Shown: one piece after another, positions 52,137-64,000 of the stretch
Layout: every line of letters begins with the position of its first letter
Numbering within the stretch: the stretch's first letter is position 1
Source of the DNA: the human T2T-CHM13v2.0 reference genome, Homo sapiens
DNA: 64,000 nt
Assembly: GCF_009914755.1 (NCBI RefSeq)
Contig: NC_060928.1
Reading direction: 5' to 3' (one strand)
The notes under the pieces: model-generated
What the model saw: only the letters and a program-made list of their open reading frames with translations
Databases searched by the model: none
What the model was told of the DNA's origin: nothing
Made by a program: the position numbers and the translations under genes

Positions 52137-55100
52137 CATTCTCAGAAACTTCTTTGTGTTGTGTGTACTCATGTAACAGTGTTGAACCATCCTTTTGACA
52201 GAGCAGTTTTGAAACACTCTTTTTGTAGAATCTGCAAGTGGATATTTGGATAGCTTTGAGGATTTCGTTGGAAACGGGATGACATATAATATCTAGAGAG
52301 AAGCATACTCAGGAACTTCTTTGTGATGTTTGCATTCAAGTCACAGAATTGAACATTCCCTTTCATAGAGCAGGTTTGAAACACTCTTTCTCTAGTATCT
52401 GGAAGTGGGCATTTCAAGCGCTTTCAGGCCTATGGAGAGAAAGGAAATACCTTCAAATAAAAACTAGACAGAAGCATTCTCAGAAACTTATTTGTGATGT
52501 GTGTCCTCAACTAACAGAGTTGAACCTTTGTTTTGATACAGCATTTTGGAAACACTCCTTTTGTAGAATCTGCAGGTGGATATTTGGATAACTTTGAAGA
52601 TTTCGTTGGAAACCGGAATATCTTCATATAAAATCAAGACAGAAGCATTCTCGGAAACATCTCTGTGATGTTTGCATTCAACTCAGTAGAGTTGAACACT
52701 TCCTTTCATAGAGCAGGTTTGAAACACTCTTTCTGCACTACCTGGAAGCGGACATTTCGAGCGCTTTGAGGCCTATGGTGAAAAAGGAAATATCTTCTCA
52801 TAAAAACCAGAAAGAAGCATTCTCAGAAACTTCTTTGTGTTGTGTGTACTCAAGTAACAGTGTTGAACCTTCCTTTTGACACAGCAGTTTTGAAACACTC
52901 TTTTGGTAGAATCTGCAAGTGGATATTTGGATAGCTTTGAGGATTTCGTTGGAAACGGGTTATCTTCATATAAAATCCAGACAGGAGCATTCTCAGAAAC
53001 TTCTTTGTGCTGCATGTCCTCAATTCACAGAGCTGAACCTTTGTTTGGATACAGCATTTTGGAAACATTCCTTTAGTAGAATCTGCAAGTTGATATTTAG
53101 ATAGCTTTGAAGATTTCGTTGGAAACGGGAATATCTTCATAGAAAATCTAGACGGAAGCATTCTCAGAAACTGCTTTGTGATGTTTGCATTCAAGTCACA
53201 GAGTTGAATATTCCCTTTTATAGAGTAGGTTTGAAACACTCTTTTGGCACTACCTGGAAGTGGATATTTCGAGCTCTTTGAGGCCTATGGTTAAAAGGAA
53301 ATATCTTCCCATAAAAACTAGACAGAAGCCGTCTCAGAAACTTGTTTGTGATGTGTGTATTCAACTAACAGAGTTGAACATTTCTGTTACAGAGCAATTT
53401 TAAAACACTCTTTTTGTGGAATCTGAAAGTGGATAATTGGATAGCTTTGTGGATTTCGTTGGAAACGGGATGACGTATAAAATCTAGAGAGAAGCATTCT
53501 CAGGAACTTCTTTGTGATGTTTGCATTCAAGTCACAGAATTGAACATTCCCTTTCATAGAGCAGGTTTGAAACACTCTTTCTCTAGTATCTGGAAGTGGG
53601 CATTTCAAGCGCTTTCAGGCCTATGGAGAGAAAGGAAATACCTTCAAATAAAAACTAGACAGAAGCATTCTCAGAAACTTATTTGTGATGTGTGTCCTCA
53701 ACTAACAGAGTTGAACCTTTGTTTTGATACAGCATTTTGGAAACACTCCTTTTGTAGGATCTGCAGGTGGATATTTGGATAGATTTTAAGATTTCGTTGG
53801 AAACGGGAGTTTCTTCATAGAAACTCAAGACAGATGCATTCTCAGAAACATCTCTGTGATGTTTGCATTCCACTCATAGATTTGAAAACTTCCTTTCATA
53901 GAGCAGGTTTGAAACACTCTTTTTGTAATATTTGGAAGTGGACATTTGCAGCGCTTTGAGGCCTATGGTGAAAAAGGAAATATCTTCTCATAAAAACCAG
54001 AAACAAGCATTCTCAGAAACTTCTTTTTGATGTGTGTACTCAAGTAACAGAGTTGAACCTTCCTTTTGACACAGCAGTATTGAAACAATCTTTTGTAGAA
54101 TCTGCAAGTGGATATTTGGATAGCTTTGAGGATTTCGTTGGAAACGGGATATCTTCATATAAAATCTAGACAGAAGCATTCTCAGAAACTTCTTTGTGCT
54201 GTATGTCCTCAATTAACAGAGTTGAACCATTGCTTGGATACAGCATTTTGGAAACATTCCTTGAGTAGAATCTGCAAGTTGATATTTAGATAGATTTGAA
54301 GATTTCGTTGGAAAAGGGAATATCTCCATATAAAATCTAGAGGGAAGCATTCTCAGAAACTGCTCTGTGATGTTTCCATTCAAGTCACAGAGTTGAATAT
54401 TCCCTTTTATAGAGCACGTTTGAAACACTCTTTCTGCACTATCTGGAAGTGGACATTTCGAGTGCTTTGAGGCCTATGGTGAAAAAGGAAATATCTTCCC
54501 ATAAAAACCAGACAGAAGCATTCTCAGAAACTTGTTTGTGATGTGTGTATTCAACTAACAGAGTTGAACTTTTGTTTTTACAGAGCCGTTTTAAAACACT
54601 CTTTTTGTGGAATCAGAAAGTGGATATTCGGATGGCTCTGAGGATTTCGTTGGAAGCGGGATTACATATAAAATCTAGAGAGAAGCATTCTCAGGAACTT
54701 CTTTGTGATGTTTGCATTGAAGTCACAGAATTGAACATTCACTTTGATAGAGCAGGTTTGAAACACTCATTCTGTAGTATCTGGAAGTGGACATTTCAAG
54801 CGCTTTCAGGCCTATGGTGAGAAAGGAAATATCTTCGAATAAAAACTAGACAGAAGCATCCTCAGAAACTTATTTGTGATGTGTGTCCTCAACTAACAGA
54901 GTTGAAACTTTGTTTTGATACAGCATTTTGGAAACACTCTTTTTGTAGAATCTGCAGGTGGATATTTGGATAGCTTAGAGGGATTCGTTGGAAAGGGGAT
55001 ATCTTCATATAAAATCTAGACAGAAGCATTCTCAGAAACTTATTTGTGATGTGTGTCCTCAACTAACAGAGTTGAACCTTGGTTTTGATACAGCATTTTG

Positions 55101-58100
55101 GAAACACTCCTTTTGTAGAATCTGCAGGTGGATATGTGGATAGCTCTGAAGATTTCGTTGGAAACGGGAATTTCTTCATATAAAATCAAACAGAAGCATT
55201 CTCAGAAACTTCTCAGTGATGTTTGCATTCAGCTCATGGAGTTGAACACTTCCTTTCATAGAGCCGGTTTGAAACACTCTTTCTGCACTACCTGGAAGAG
55301 GACATTTCGAGCGCTTTGAGTCCTATGGTGAAAAAGGAAATATCTTCTCATAAAAACCAGAAAGAAGCATTCTCAGAAACTTCTTTGTGTTGTGTGTACT
55401 CATGTAACAGTGTTGAACCATCCTTTTGACAGAGCAGTTTTGAAACACTCTTTTTGTAGAATCTGCAAGTGGATATTTGGATAGCTTTGAGGATTTCGTT
55501 GGAAACGGGATGACATATAATATCTAGAGAGAAGCATACTCAGGAACTTCTTTGTGATGTTTGCATTCAAGTCACAGAATTGAACATTCCCTTTCATAGA
55601 GCAGGTTTGAAACACTCTTTCTCTAGTATCTGGAAGTGGGCATTTCAAGCGCTTTCAGGCCTATGGAGAGAAAGGAAATACCTTCAAATAAAAACTAGAC
55701 AGAAGCATTCTCAGAAACTTATTTGTGATGTGTGTCCTCAACTAACAGAGTTGAACCTTTGTTTTGATACAGCATTTTGGAAACACTCCTTTTGTAGAAT
55801 CTGCAGGTGGATATTTGGATAACTTTGAAGATTTCGTTGGAAACCGGAATATCTTCATATAAAATCAAGACAGAAGCATTCTCGGAAACATCTCTGTGAT
55901 GTTTGCATTCAACTCAGTAGAGTTGAACACTTCCTTTCATAGAGCAGGTTTGAAACACTCTTTCTGCACTACCTGGAAGCGGACATTTCGAGCGCTTTGA
56001 GGCCTATGGTGAAAAAGGAAATATCTTCTCATAAAAACCAGAAAGAAGCATTCTCAGAAACTTCTTTGTGTTGTGTGTACTCAAGTAACAGTGTTGAACC
56101 TTCCTTTTGACACAGCAGTTTTGAAACACTCTTTTGGTAGAATCTGCAAGTGGATATTTGGATAGCTTTGAGGATTTCGTTGGAAACGGGTTGTCTTCAT
56201 ATAAAATACAGACAGGAGCATTCTCAGAAACTTCTTTGTGCTGCATGTCCTCAATTCACAGAGCTGAACCTTTGTTTGGATACAGCATTTTGGAAACATT
56301 CCTTTAGTAGAATCTGCAAGTTGATATTTAGATAGCTTTGAAGATTTCGTTGGAAACGGGAATATCTTCATAGAAAATCTAGACGGAAGCATTCTCAGAA
56401 ACTGCTTTGTGATGTTTGCATTCAAGTCACAGAGTTGAATATTCCCTTTTATAGAGTAGGTTTGAAACACTCTTTTGGCACTACCTGGAAGTGGATATTT
56501 CGAGCTCTTTGAGGCCTATGGTTAAAAGGAAATATCTTCCCATAAAAACTAGACAGAAGCCGTCTCAGAAACTTGTTTGTGATGTGTGTATTCAACTAAC
56601 AGAGTTGAACATTTCTGTTACAGAGCAATTTTAAAACACTCTTTTTGTGGAATCTGAAAGTGGATAATTGGATAGCTTTGTGGATTTCGTTGGAAACGGG
56701 ATGACGTATAAAATCTAGAGAGAAGCATTCTCAGGAACTTCTTTGTGATGTTTGCATTCAAGTCACAGAATTGAACATTCCCTTTCATAGAGCAGGTTTG
56801 AAACACTCTTTCTCTAGTATCTGGAAGTGGGCATTTCAAGCGCTTTCAGGCCTATGGAGAGAAAGGAAATACCTTCAAATAAAAACTAGACAGAAGCATT
56901 CTCAGAAACTTATTTGTGATGTGTGTCCTCAACTAACAGAGTTGAACCTTTGTTTTGATACAGCATTTTGGAAACACTCCTTTTGTAGGATCTGCAGGTG
57001 GATATTTGGATAGATTTTAAGATTTCGTTGGAAACGGGAGTTTCTTCATAGAAACTCAAGACAGATGCATTCTCAGAAACATCTCTGTGATGTTTGCATT
57101 CCACTCATAGATTTGAAAACTTCCTTTCATAGAGCAGGTTTGAAACACTCTTTTTGTAATATTTGGAAGTGGACATTTGCAGCGCTTTGAGGCCTATGGT
57201 GAAAAAGGAAATATCTTCTCATAAAAACCAGAAACAAGCATTCTCAGAAACTTCTTTTTGATGTGTGTACTCAAGTAACAGAGTTGAACCTTCCTTTTGA
57301 CACAGCAGTTTTGAAACAATCTTTTTGTAGAATCTGCAAGTGGATATTTGGATAGCTTTGAGGATTTCGTTGGAAACGGGATATCTTCATATAAAATCTA
57401 GACAGAAGCATTCTCAGAAACTTCTTTGTGCTGTATGTCCTCAATTAACAGAGTTGAACCATTGCTTGGATACAGCATTTTGGAAACATTCCTTGAGTAG
57501 AATCTGCAAGTTGATATTTAGATAGATTTGAAGATTTCGTTGGAAAAGGGAATATCTCCATATAAAATCTAGAGGGAAGCATTCTCAGAAACTGCTCTGT
57601 GATGTTTCCATTCAAGTCACAGAGTTGAATATTCCCTTTTATAGAGCACGTTTGAAACACTCTTTCTGCACTATCTGGAAGTGGACATTTCGAGCGCTTT
57701 GAGGCCTATGGTGAAAAAGGAAATATCTTCCCATAAAAACCAGACAGAAGCATTCTCAGAAACTTGTTTGTGATGTGTGTATTCAACTAACAGAGTTGAA
57801 CTTTTGTTTTTACAGAGCCGTTTTAAAACACTCTTTTTGTGGAATCAGAAAGTGGATATTCGGATGGCTCTGAGGATTTCGTTGGAAGCGGGATTACATA
57901 TAAAATCTAGAGAGAAGCATTCTCAGGAACTTCTTTGTGATGTTTGCATTGAAGTCACAGAATTGAACATTCACTTTGATAGAGCAGGTTTGAAACACTC
58001 ATTCTGTAGTATCTGGAAGTGGACATTTCAAGCGCTTTCAGGCCTATGGTGAGAAAGGAAATATCTTCGAATAAAAACTAGACAGAAGCATCCTCAGAAA

Positions 58101-61100
58101 CTTATTTGTGATGTGTGTCCTCAACTAACAGAGTTGAAACTTTGTTTTGATACAGCATTTTGGAAACACTCTTTTTGTAGAATCTGCAGGTGGATATTTG
58201 GATAGCTTAGAGGGATTCGTTGGAAAGGGGATATCTTCATATAAAATCTAGACAGAAGCATTCTCAGAAACTTATTTGTGATGTGTGTCCTCAACTAACA
58301 GAGTTGAACCTTGGTTTTGATACAGCATTTTGGAAACACTCCTTTTGTAGAATCTGCAGGTGGATATGTGGATAGCTCTGAAGATTTCGTTGGAAACGGG
58401 AATTTCTTCATATAAAATCAAACAGAAGCATTCTCAGAAACTTCTCAGTGATGTTTGCATTCAGCTCATGGAGTTGAACACTTCCTTTCATAGAGCCGGT
58501 TTGAAACACTCTTTCTGCACTACCTGGAAGAGGACATTTCGAGCGCTTTGAGTCCTATGGTGAAAAAGGAAATATCTTCTCATAAAAACCAGAAAGAAGC
58601 ATTCTCAGAAACTTCTTTGTGTTGTGTGTACTCATGTAACAGTGTTGAACCATCCTTTTGACAGAGCAGTTTTGAAACACTCTTTTTGTAGAATCTGCAA
58701 GTGGATATTTGGATAGCTTTGAGGATTTCGTTGGAAACGGGATGACATATAATATCTAGAGAGAAGCATACTCAGGAACTTCTTTGTGATGTTTGCATTC
58801 AAGTCACAGAATTGAACATTCCCTTTCATAGAGCAGGTTTGAAACACTCTTTCTCTAGTATCTGGAAGTGGGCATTTCAAGCGCTTTCAGGCCTATGGAG
58901 AGAAAGGAAATACCTTCAAATAAAAACTAGACAGAAGCATTCTCAGAAACTTATTTGTGATGTGTGTCCTCAACTAACAGAGTTGAACCTTTGTTTTGAT
59001 ACAGCATTTTGGAAACACTCCTTTTGTAGAATCTGCAGGTGGATATTTGGATAACTTTGAAGATTTCGTTGGAAACCGGAATATCTTCATATAAAATCAA
59101 GACAGAAGCATTCTCGGAAACATCTCTGTGATGTTTGCATTCAACTCAGTAGAGTTGAACACTTCCTTTCATAGAGCAGGTTTGAAACACTCTTTCTGCA
59201 CTACCTGGAAGCGGACATTTCGAGCGCTTTGAGGCCTATGGTGAAAAAGGAAATATCTTCTCATAAAAACCAGAAAGAAGCATTCTCAGAAACTTCTTTG
59301 TGTTGTGTGTACTCAAGTAACAGTGTTGAACCTTCCTTTTGACACAGCAGTTTTGAAACACTCTTTTGGTAGAATCTGCAAGTGGATATTTGGATAGCTT
59401 TGAGGATTTCGTTGGAAACGGGTTGTCTTCATATAAAATCCAGACAGGAGCATTCTCAGAAACTTCTTTGTGCTGCATGTCCTCAATTCACAGAGCTGAA
59501 CCTTTGTTTGGATACAGCATTTTGGAAACATTCCTTTAGTAGAATCTGCAAGTTGATATTTAGATAGCTTTGAAGATTTCGTTGGAAACGGGAATATCTT
59601 CATAGAAAATCTAGACGGAAGCATTCTCAGAAACTGCTTTGTGATGTTTGCATTCAAGTCACAGAGTTGAATATTCCCTTTTATAGAGTAGGTTTGAAAC
59701 ACTCTTTTGGCACTACCTGGAAGTGGATATTTCGAGCTCTTTGAGGCCTATGGTTAAAAGGAAATATCTTCCCATAAAAACTAGACAGAAGGCGTCTCAG
59801 AAACTTGTTTGTGATGTGTGTATTCAGCTAACAGAGTTGAACATTTCTGTTACAGAGCAATTTTAAAACACTCTTTTTGTGGAATCTGAAAGTGGATAAT
59901 TGGATAGCTTTGTGGATTTCGTTGGAAACGGGATGACGTATAAAATCTAGAGAGAAGCATTCTCAGGAACTTCTTTGTGATGTTTGCATTCAAGTCACAG
60001 AATTGAACATTCCCTTTCATAGAGCAGGTTTGAAACACTCTTTCTCTAGTATCTGGAAGTGGGCATTTCAAGCGCTTTCAGGCCTATGGAGAGAAAGGAA
60101 ATACCTTCAAATAAAAACTAGACAGAAGCATTCTCAGAAACTTATTTGTGATGTGTGTCCTCAACTAACAGAGTTGAACCTTTGTTTTGATACAGCATTT
60201 TGGAAACACTCCTTTTGTAGGATCTGCAGGTGGATATTTGGATAGATTTTAAGATTTCGTTGGAAACGGGAGTTTCTTCATAGAAACTCAAGACAGATGC
60301 ATTCTCAGAAACATCTCTGTGATGTTTGCATTCCACTCATAGATTTGAAAACTTCCTTTCATAGAGCAGGTTTGAAACACTCTTTTTGTAATATTTGGAA
60401 GTGGACATTTGCAGCGCTTTGAGGCCTATGGTGAAAAAGGAAATATCTTCTCATAAAAACCAGAAACAAGCATTCTCAGAAACTTCTTTTTGATGTGTGT
60501 ACTCAAGTAACAGAGTTGAACCTTCCTTTTGACACAGCAGTTTTGAAACAATCTTTTTGTAGAATCTGCAAGTGGATATTTGGATAGCTTTGAGGATTTC
60601 GTTGGAAACGGGATATCTTCATATAAAATCTAGACAGAAGCATTCTCAGAAACTTCTTTGTGCTGTATGTCCTCAATTAACAGAGTTGAACCATTGCTTG
60701 GATACAGCATTTTGGAAACATTCCTTGAGTAGAATCTGCAAGTTGATATTTAGATAGATTTGAAGATTTCGTTGGAAAAGGGAATATCTCCATATAAAAT
60801 CTAGAGGGAAGCATTCTCAGAAACTGCTTTGTGATGTTTCCATTCAAGTCACAGAGTTGAATATTCCCTTTTATAGAGCACGTTTGAAACACTCTTTCTG
60901 CACTATCTGGAAGTGGACATTTCGAGCGCTTTGAGGCCTATGGTGAAAAAGGAAATATCTTCCCATAAAAACTAGACAGAAGCATTCTCAGAAACTTGTT
61001 TGTGATGTGTGTATTCAACTAACAGAGTTGAACTTTTGTTTTTACAGAGCCGTTTTAAAACACTCTTTTTGTGGAATCAGAAAGTGGATATTCGGATGGC

Positions 61101-64000
61101 TCTGAGGATTTCGTTGGAAGCGGGATTACATATAAAATCTAGAGAGAAGCATTCTCAGGAACTTCTTTGTGATGTTTGCATTGAAGTCACAGAATTGAAC
61201 ATTCACTTTGATAGAGCAGGTTTGAAACACTCATTCTGTAGTATCTGGAAGTGGACATTTCAAGCGCTTTCAGGCCTATGGTGAGAAAGGAAATATCTTC
61301 GAATAAAAACTAGACAGAAGCATCCTCAGAAACTTATTTGTGATGTGTGTCCTCAACTAACAGAGTTGAAACTTTGTTTTGATACAGCATTTTGGAAACA
61401 CTCTTTTTGTAGAATCTGCAGGTGGATATTTGGATAGCTTAGAGGGATTCGTTGGAAAGGGGATATCTTCATATAAAATCTAGACAGAAGCATTCTCAGA
61501 AACATATTTGTGATGTGTGTCCTCAACTAACAGAGTTGAACCTTGGTTTTGATACAGCATTTTGGAAACACTCCTTTTGTAGAATCTGCAGGTGGATATG
61601 TGGATAGCTCTGAAGATTTCGTTGGAAACGGGAATTTCTTCATATAAAATCAAACAGAAGCATTCTCAGAAACTTCTCAGTGATGTTTGCATTCAGCTCA
61701 TGGAGTTGAACACTTCCTTTCATAGAGCCGGTTTGAAACACTCTTTCTGCACTACCTGGAAGAGGACATTTCGAGAGCTTTGAGTCCTATGGTGAAAAAG
61801 GAAATATCTTCTCATAAAAACCAGAAAGAAGCATTCTCAGAAACTTCTTTGTGTTGTGTGTACTCATGTAACAGTGTTGAACCATCCTTTTGACAGAGCA
61901 GTTTTGAAACACTCTTTTTGTAGAATCTGCAAGTGGATATTTGGATAGCTTTGAGGATTTCGTTGGAAACGGGATGACATATAGTATCTAGAGAGAAGCA
62001 TACTCAGGAACTTCTTTGTGATGTTTGCATTCAAGTCACAGAATTGAACATTCCCTTTCATAGAGCAGGTTTGAAACACTCTTTCTCTAGTATCTGGAAG
62101 TGGGCATTTCAAGCGCTTTCAGGCCTATGGAGAGAAAGGAAATACCTTCAAATAAAAACTAGACAGAAGCATTCTCAGAAACTTATTTGTGATGTGTGTC
62201 CTCAACTAACAGAGTTGAACCTTTGTTTTGATACAGCATTTTGGAAACACTCCTTTTGTAGAATCTGCAGGTGGATATTTGGATAGCTTTGAAGATTTCG
62301 TTGGAAACCGGAATATCTTCATATAAAATCAAGACAGAAGCATTCTCGGAAACATCTCTGTGATGTTTGCATTCAACTCAGTAGAGTTGAACACTTCCTT
62401 TCATAGAGCAGGTTTGAAACACTCTTTCTGCACTACCTGGAAGCGGACATTTCGAGCGCTTTGAGGCCTATGGTGAAAAAGGAAATATCTTCTCATAAAA
62501 ACCAGAAAGAAGCATTCTCAGAAACTTCTTTGTGTTGTGTGTACTCAAGTAACAGTGTTGAACCTTCCTTTTGACACAGCAGTTTTGAAACACTCTTTTG
62601 GTAGAATCTGCAAGTGGATATTTGGATAGCTTTGAGGATTTCGTTGGAAACGGGTTATCTTCATATAAAATCCAGACAGGAGCATTCTCAGAAACTTCTT
62701 TGTGCTGCATGTCCTCAATTCACAGAGCTGAACCTTTGTTTGGATACAGCATTTTGGAAACATTCCTTTAGTAGAATCTGCAAGTTGATATTTAGATAGC
62801 TTTGAAGATTTCGTTGGAAACGGGAATATCTTCATAGAAAATCTAGATGGAAGCATTCTCAGAAACTGCTTTGTGATGTTTGCATTCAAGTCACAGAGTT
62901 GAATATTCCCTTTTATAGAGTAGGTTTGAAACACTCTTTTGGCACTACCTGGAAGTGGATATTTCGAGCTCTTTGAGGCCTATGGTTAAAAGGAAATATC
63001 TTCCCATAAAAACTAGACAGAAGCCGTCTCAGAAACTTGTTTGTGATGTGTGTATTCAGCTAACAGAGTTGAACATTTCTGTTACAGAGCAATTTTAAAA
63101 CACTCTTTTTGTGGAATCTGAAAGTGGATAATTGGATAGCTTTGTGGATTTCGTTGGAAACGGGATGACGTATAAAATCTAGAGAGAAGCATTCTCAGGA
63201 ACTTCTTTGTGATGTTTGCATTCAAGTCACAGAATTGAACATTCCCTTTCATAGAGCAGGTTTGAAACACCCTTTCTCTAGTATCTGGAAGTGGGCATTT
63301 CAAGCGCTTTCAGGCCTATGGAGAGAAAGGAAATACCTTCAAATAAAAACTAGACAGAAGCATTCTCAGAAACTTATTTGTGATGTGTGTCCTCAACTAA
63401 CAGAGTTGAACCTTTGTTTTGATACAGCATTTTGGAAACACTCCTTTTGTAGGATCTGCAGGTGGATATTTGGATAGATTTTAAGATTTCGTTGGAAACG
63501 GGAGTTTCTTCATAGAAACTCAAGACAGATGCATTCTCAGAAACATCTCTGTGATGTTTGCATTCCACTCATAGATTTGAAAACTTCCTTTCATAGAGCA
63601 GGTTTGAAACACTCTTTTTGTAATATTTGGAAGTGGACATTTGCAGCGCTTTGAGGCCTATGGTGAAAAAGGAAATATCTTCTCATAAAAACCAGAAACA
63701 AGCATTCTCAGAAACTTCTTTTTGATGTGTGTACTCAAGTAACAGAGTTGAACCTTCCTTTTGACACAGCAGTTTTGAAACAATCTTTTTGTAGAATCTG
63801 CAAGTGGATATTTGGATAGCTTTGAGGATTTCGTTGGAAACGGGATATCTTCATATAAAATCTAGACAGAAGCATTCTCAGAAACTTCTTTGTGCTGTAT
63901 GTCCTCAATTAACAGAGTTGAACCATTGCTTGGATACAGCATTTTGGAAACATTCCTTGAGTAGAATCTGCAAGTTGATATTTAGATAGATTTGAAGATT
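52137..64000 (+). repeat. Three full and one partial 19-mer HORs in which monomer i and the front of j are replaced by b/c sequence
   Basis: Starts 52137, 55368, 58600, 61832 (spacings 3231, 3232, 3232). The i position reads ctctagtatc...gtgggcatt...cctatggagag...ataccttc, which are b alleles. Confidence 0.9.

Larger units (their letters stand above)
1..64000 (+). repeat. Human centromeric alpha-satellite HOR array, SF2-like, canonical 19-mer of 3232 bp (likely D4Z1 / S2C4H1L, chr4)
   Basis: Tandem 166-172 bp monomers with alphoid hallmarks (cattctcagaaac, tttgaaacactctttt, CENP-B box ttcgttggaaacggg). Near-identical copies recur at 3232 bp, e.g. ORF-track repeats at 45705/48937/52169. Alpha-satellite identity is certain; the chromosome assignment rests on recall of the 3.2-kb 19-mer. 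Confidence 0.95.

Noticed and set aside
142-63989. Over 180 short ORFs of 61-129 aa on both strands
   Set aside because: They recur with HOR periodicity, overlap on both strands, contain ~57-aa internal repeats (171/3), mostly depend on alternative start codons and are opened or closed by random SNVs. These are standard translated alpha-satellite artefacts.
1-64000. CRISPR-like array (conserved motifs separated by variable sequence)
   Set aside because: The intervening sequences are homologous monomer bodies rather than unique spacers, and there are no cas genes or leader.
1-64000. A new coding or mobile-element system, L1/Alu insertion, or inversion
   Set aside because: Every interval between markers is accounted for by whole monomers (apart from 1-4 bp indels), and all CENP-B boxes seen are on the same strand. 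No non-alphoid sequence, poly-A tail or target-site duplication was seen.

Overview
The whole 64 kb is one uninterrupted, single-orientation human alpha-satellite array of ~171-bp monomers with CENP-B boxes and a dimeric, SF2-like A/B alternation. The canonical higher-order repeat (HOR) is a 19-mer of 3232 bp, most consistent with the chromosome 4 live array D4Z1/S2C4H1L; that assignment is from recall of the 3.2-kb 19-mer, not from a database search. I see no genes, RNA genes, CRISPR arrays or transposon insertions, and the ORF track is only translated satellite. I found no support for a new coding system; the interest is structural. With my own monomer labels a-s (a starts at 110), successive HOR units contain 18, 19, 18, 7, 18, 7, 18, 7, 18, 21, 7, 19, 18, 19*, 11, 12, 16, 11, 4, 19, 19, 19c, 19c and 19c monomers, then a partial 19c. 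Here 19* is a reshuffled unit of canonical length and 19c carries a conversion tract. Notable elements are a 4249-bp 25-mer super-HOR, a 9-kb cluster of five different deletion variants, a length-neutral conversion tract amplified in the last four units, and an ancestral 7-mer substructure (7+8+4) that explains several of the rearrangement registers.
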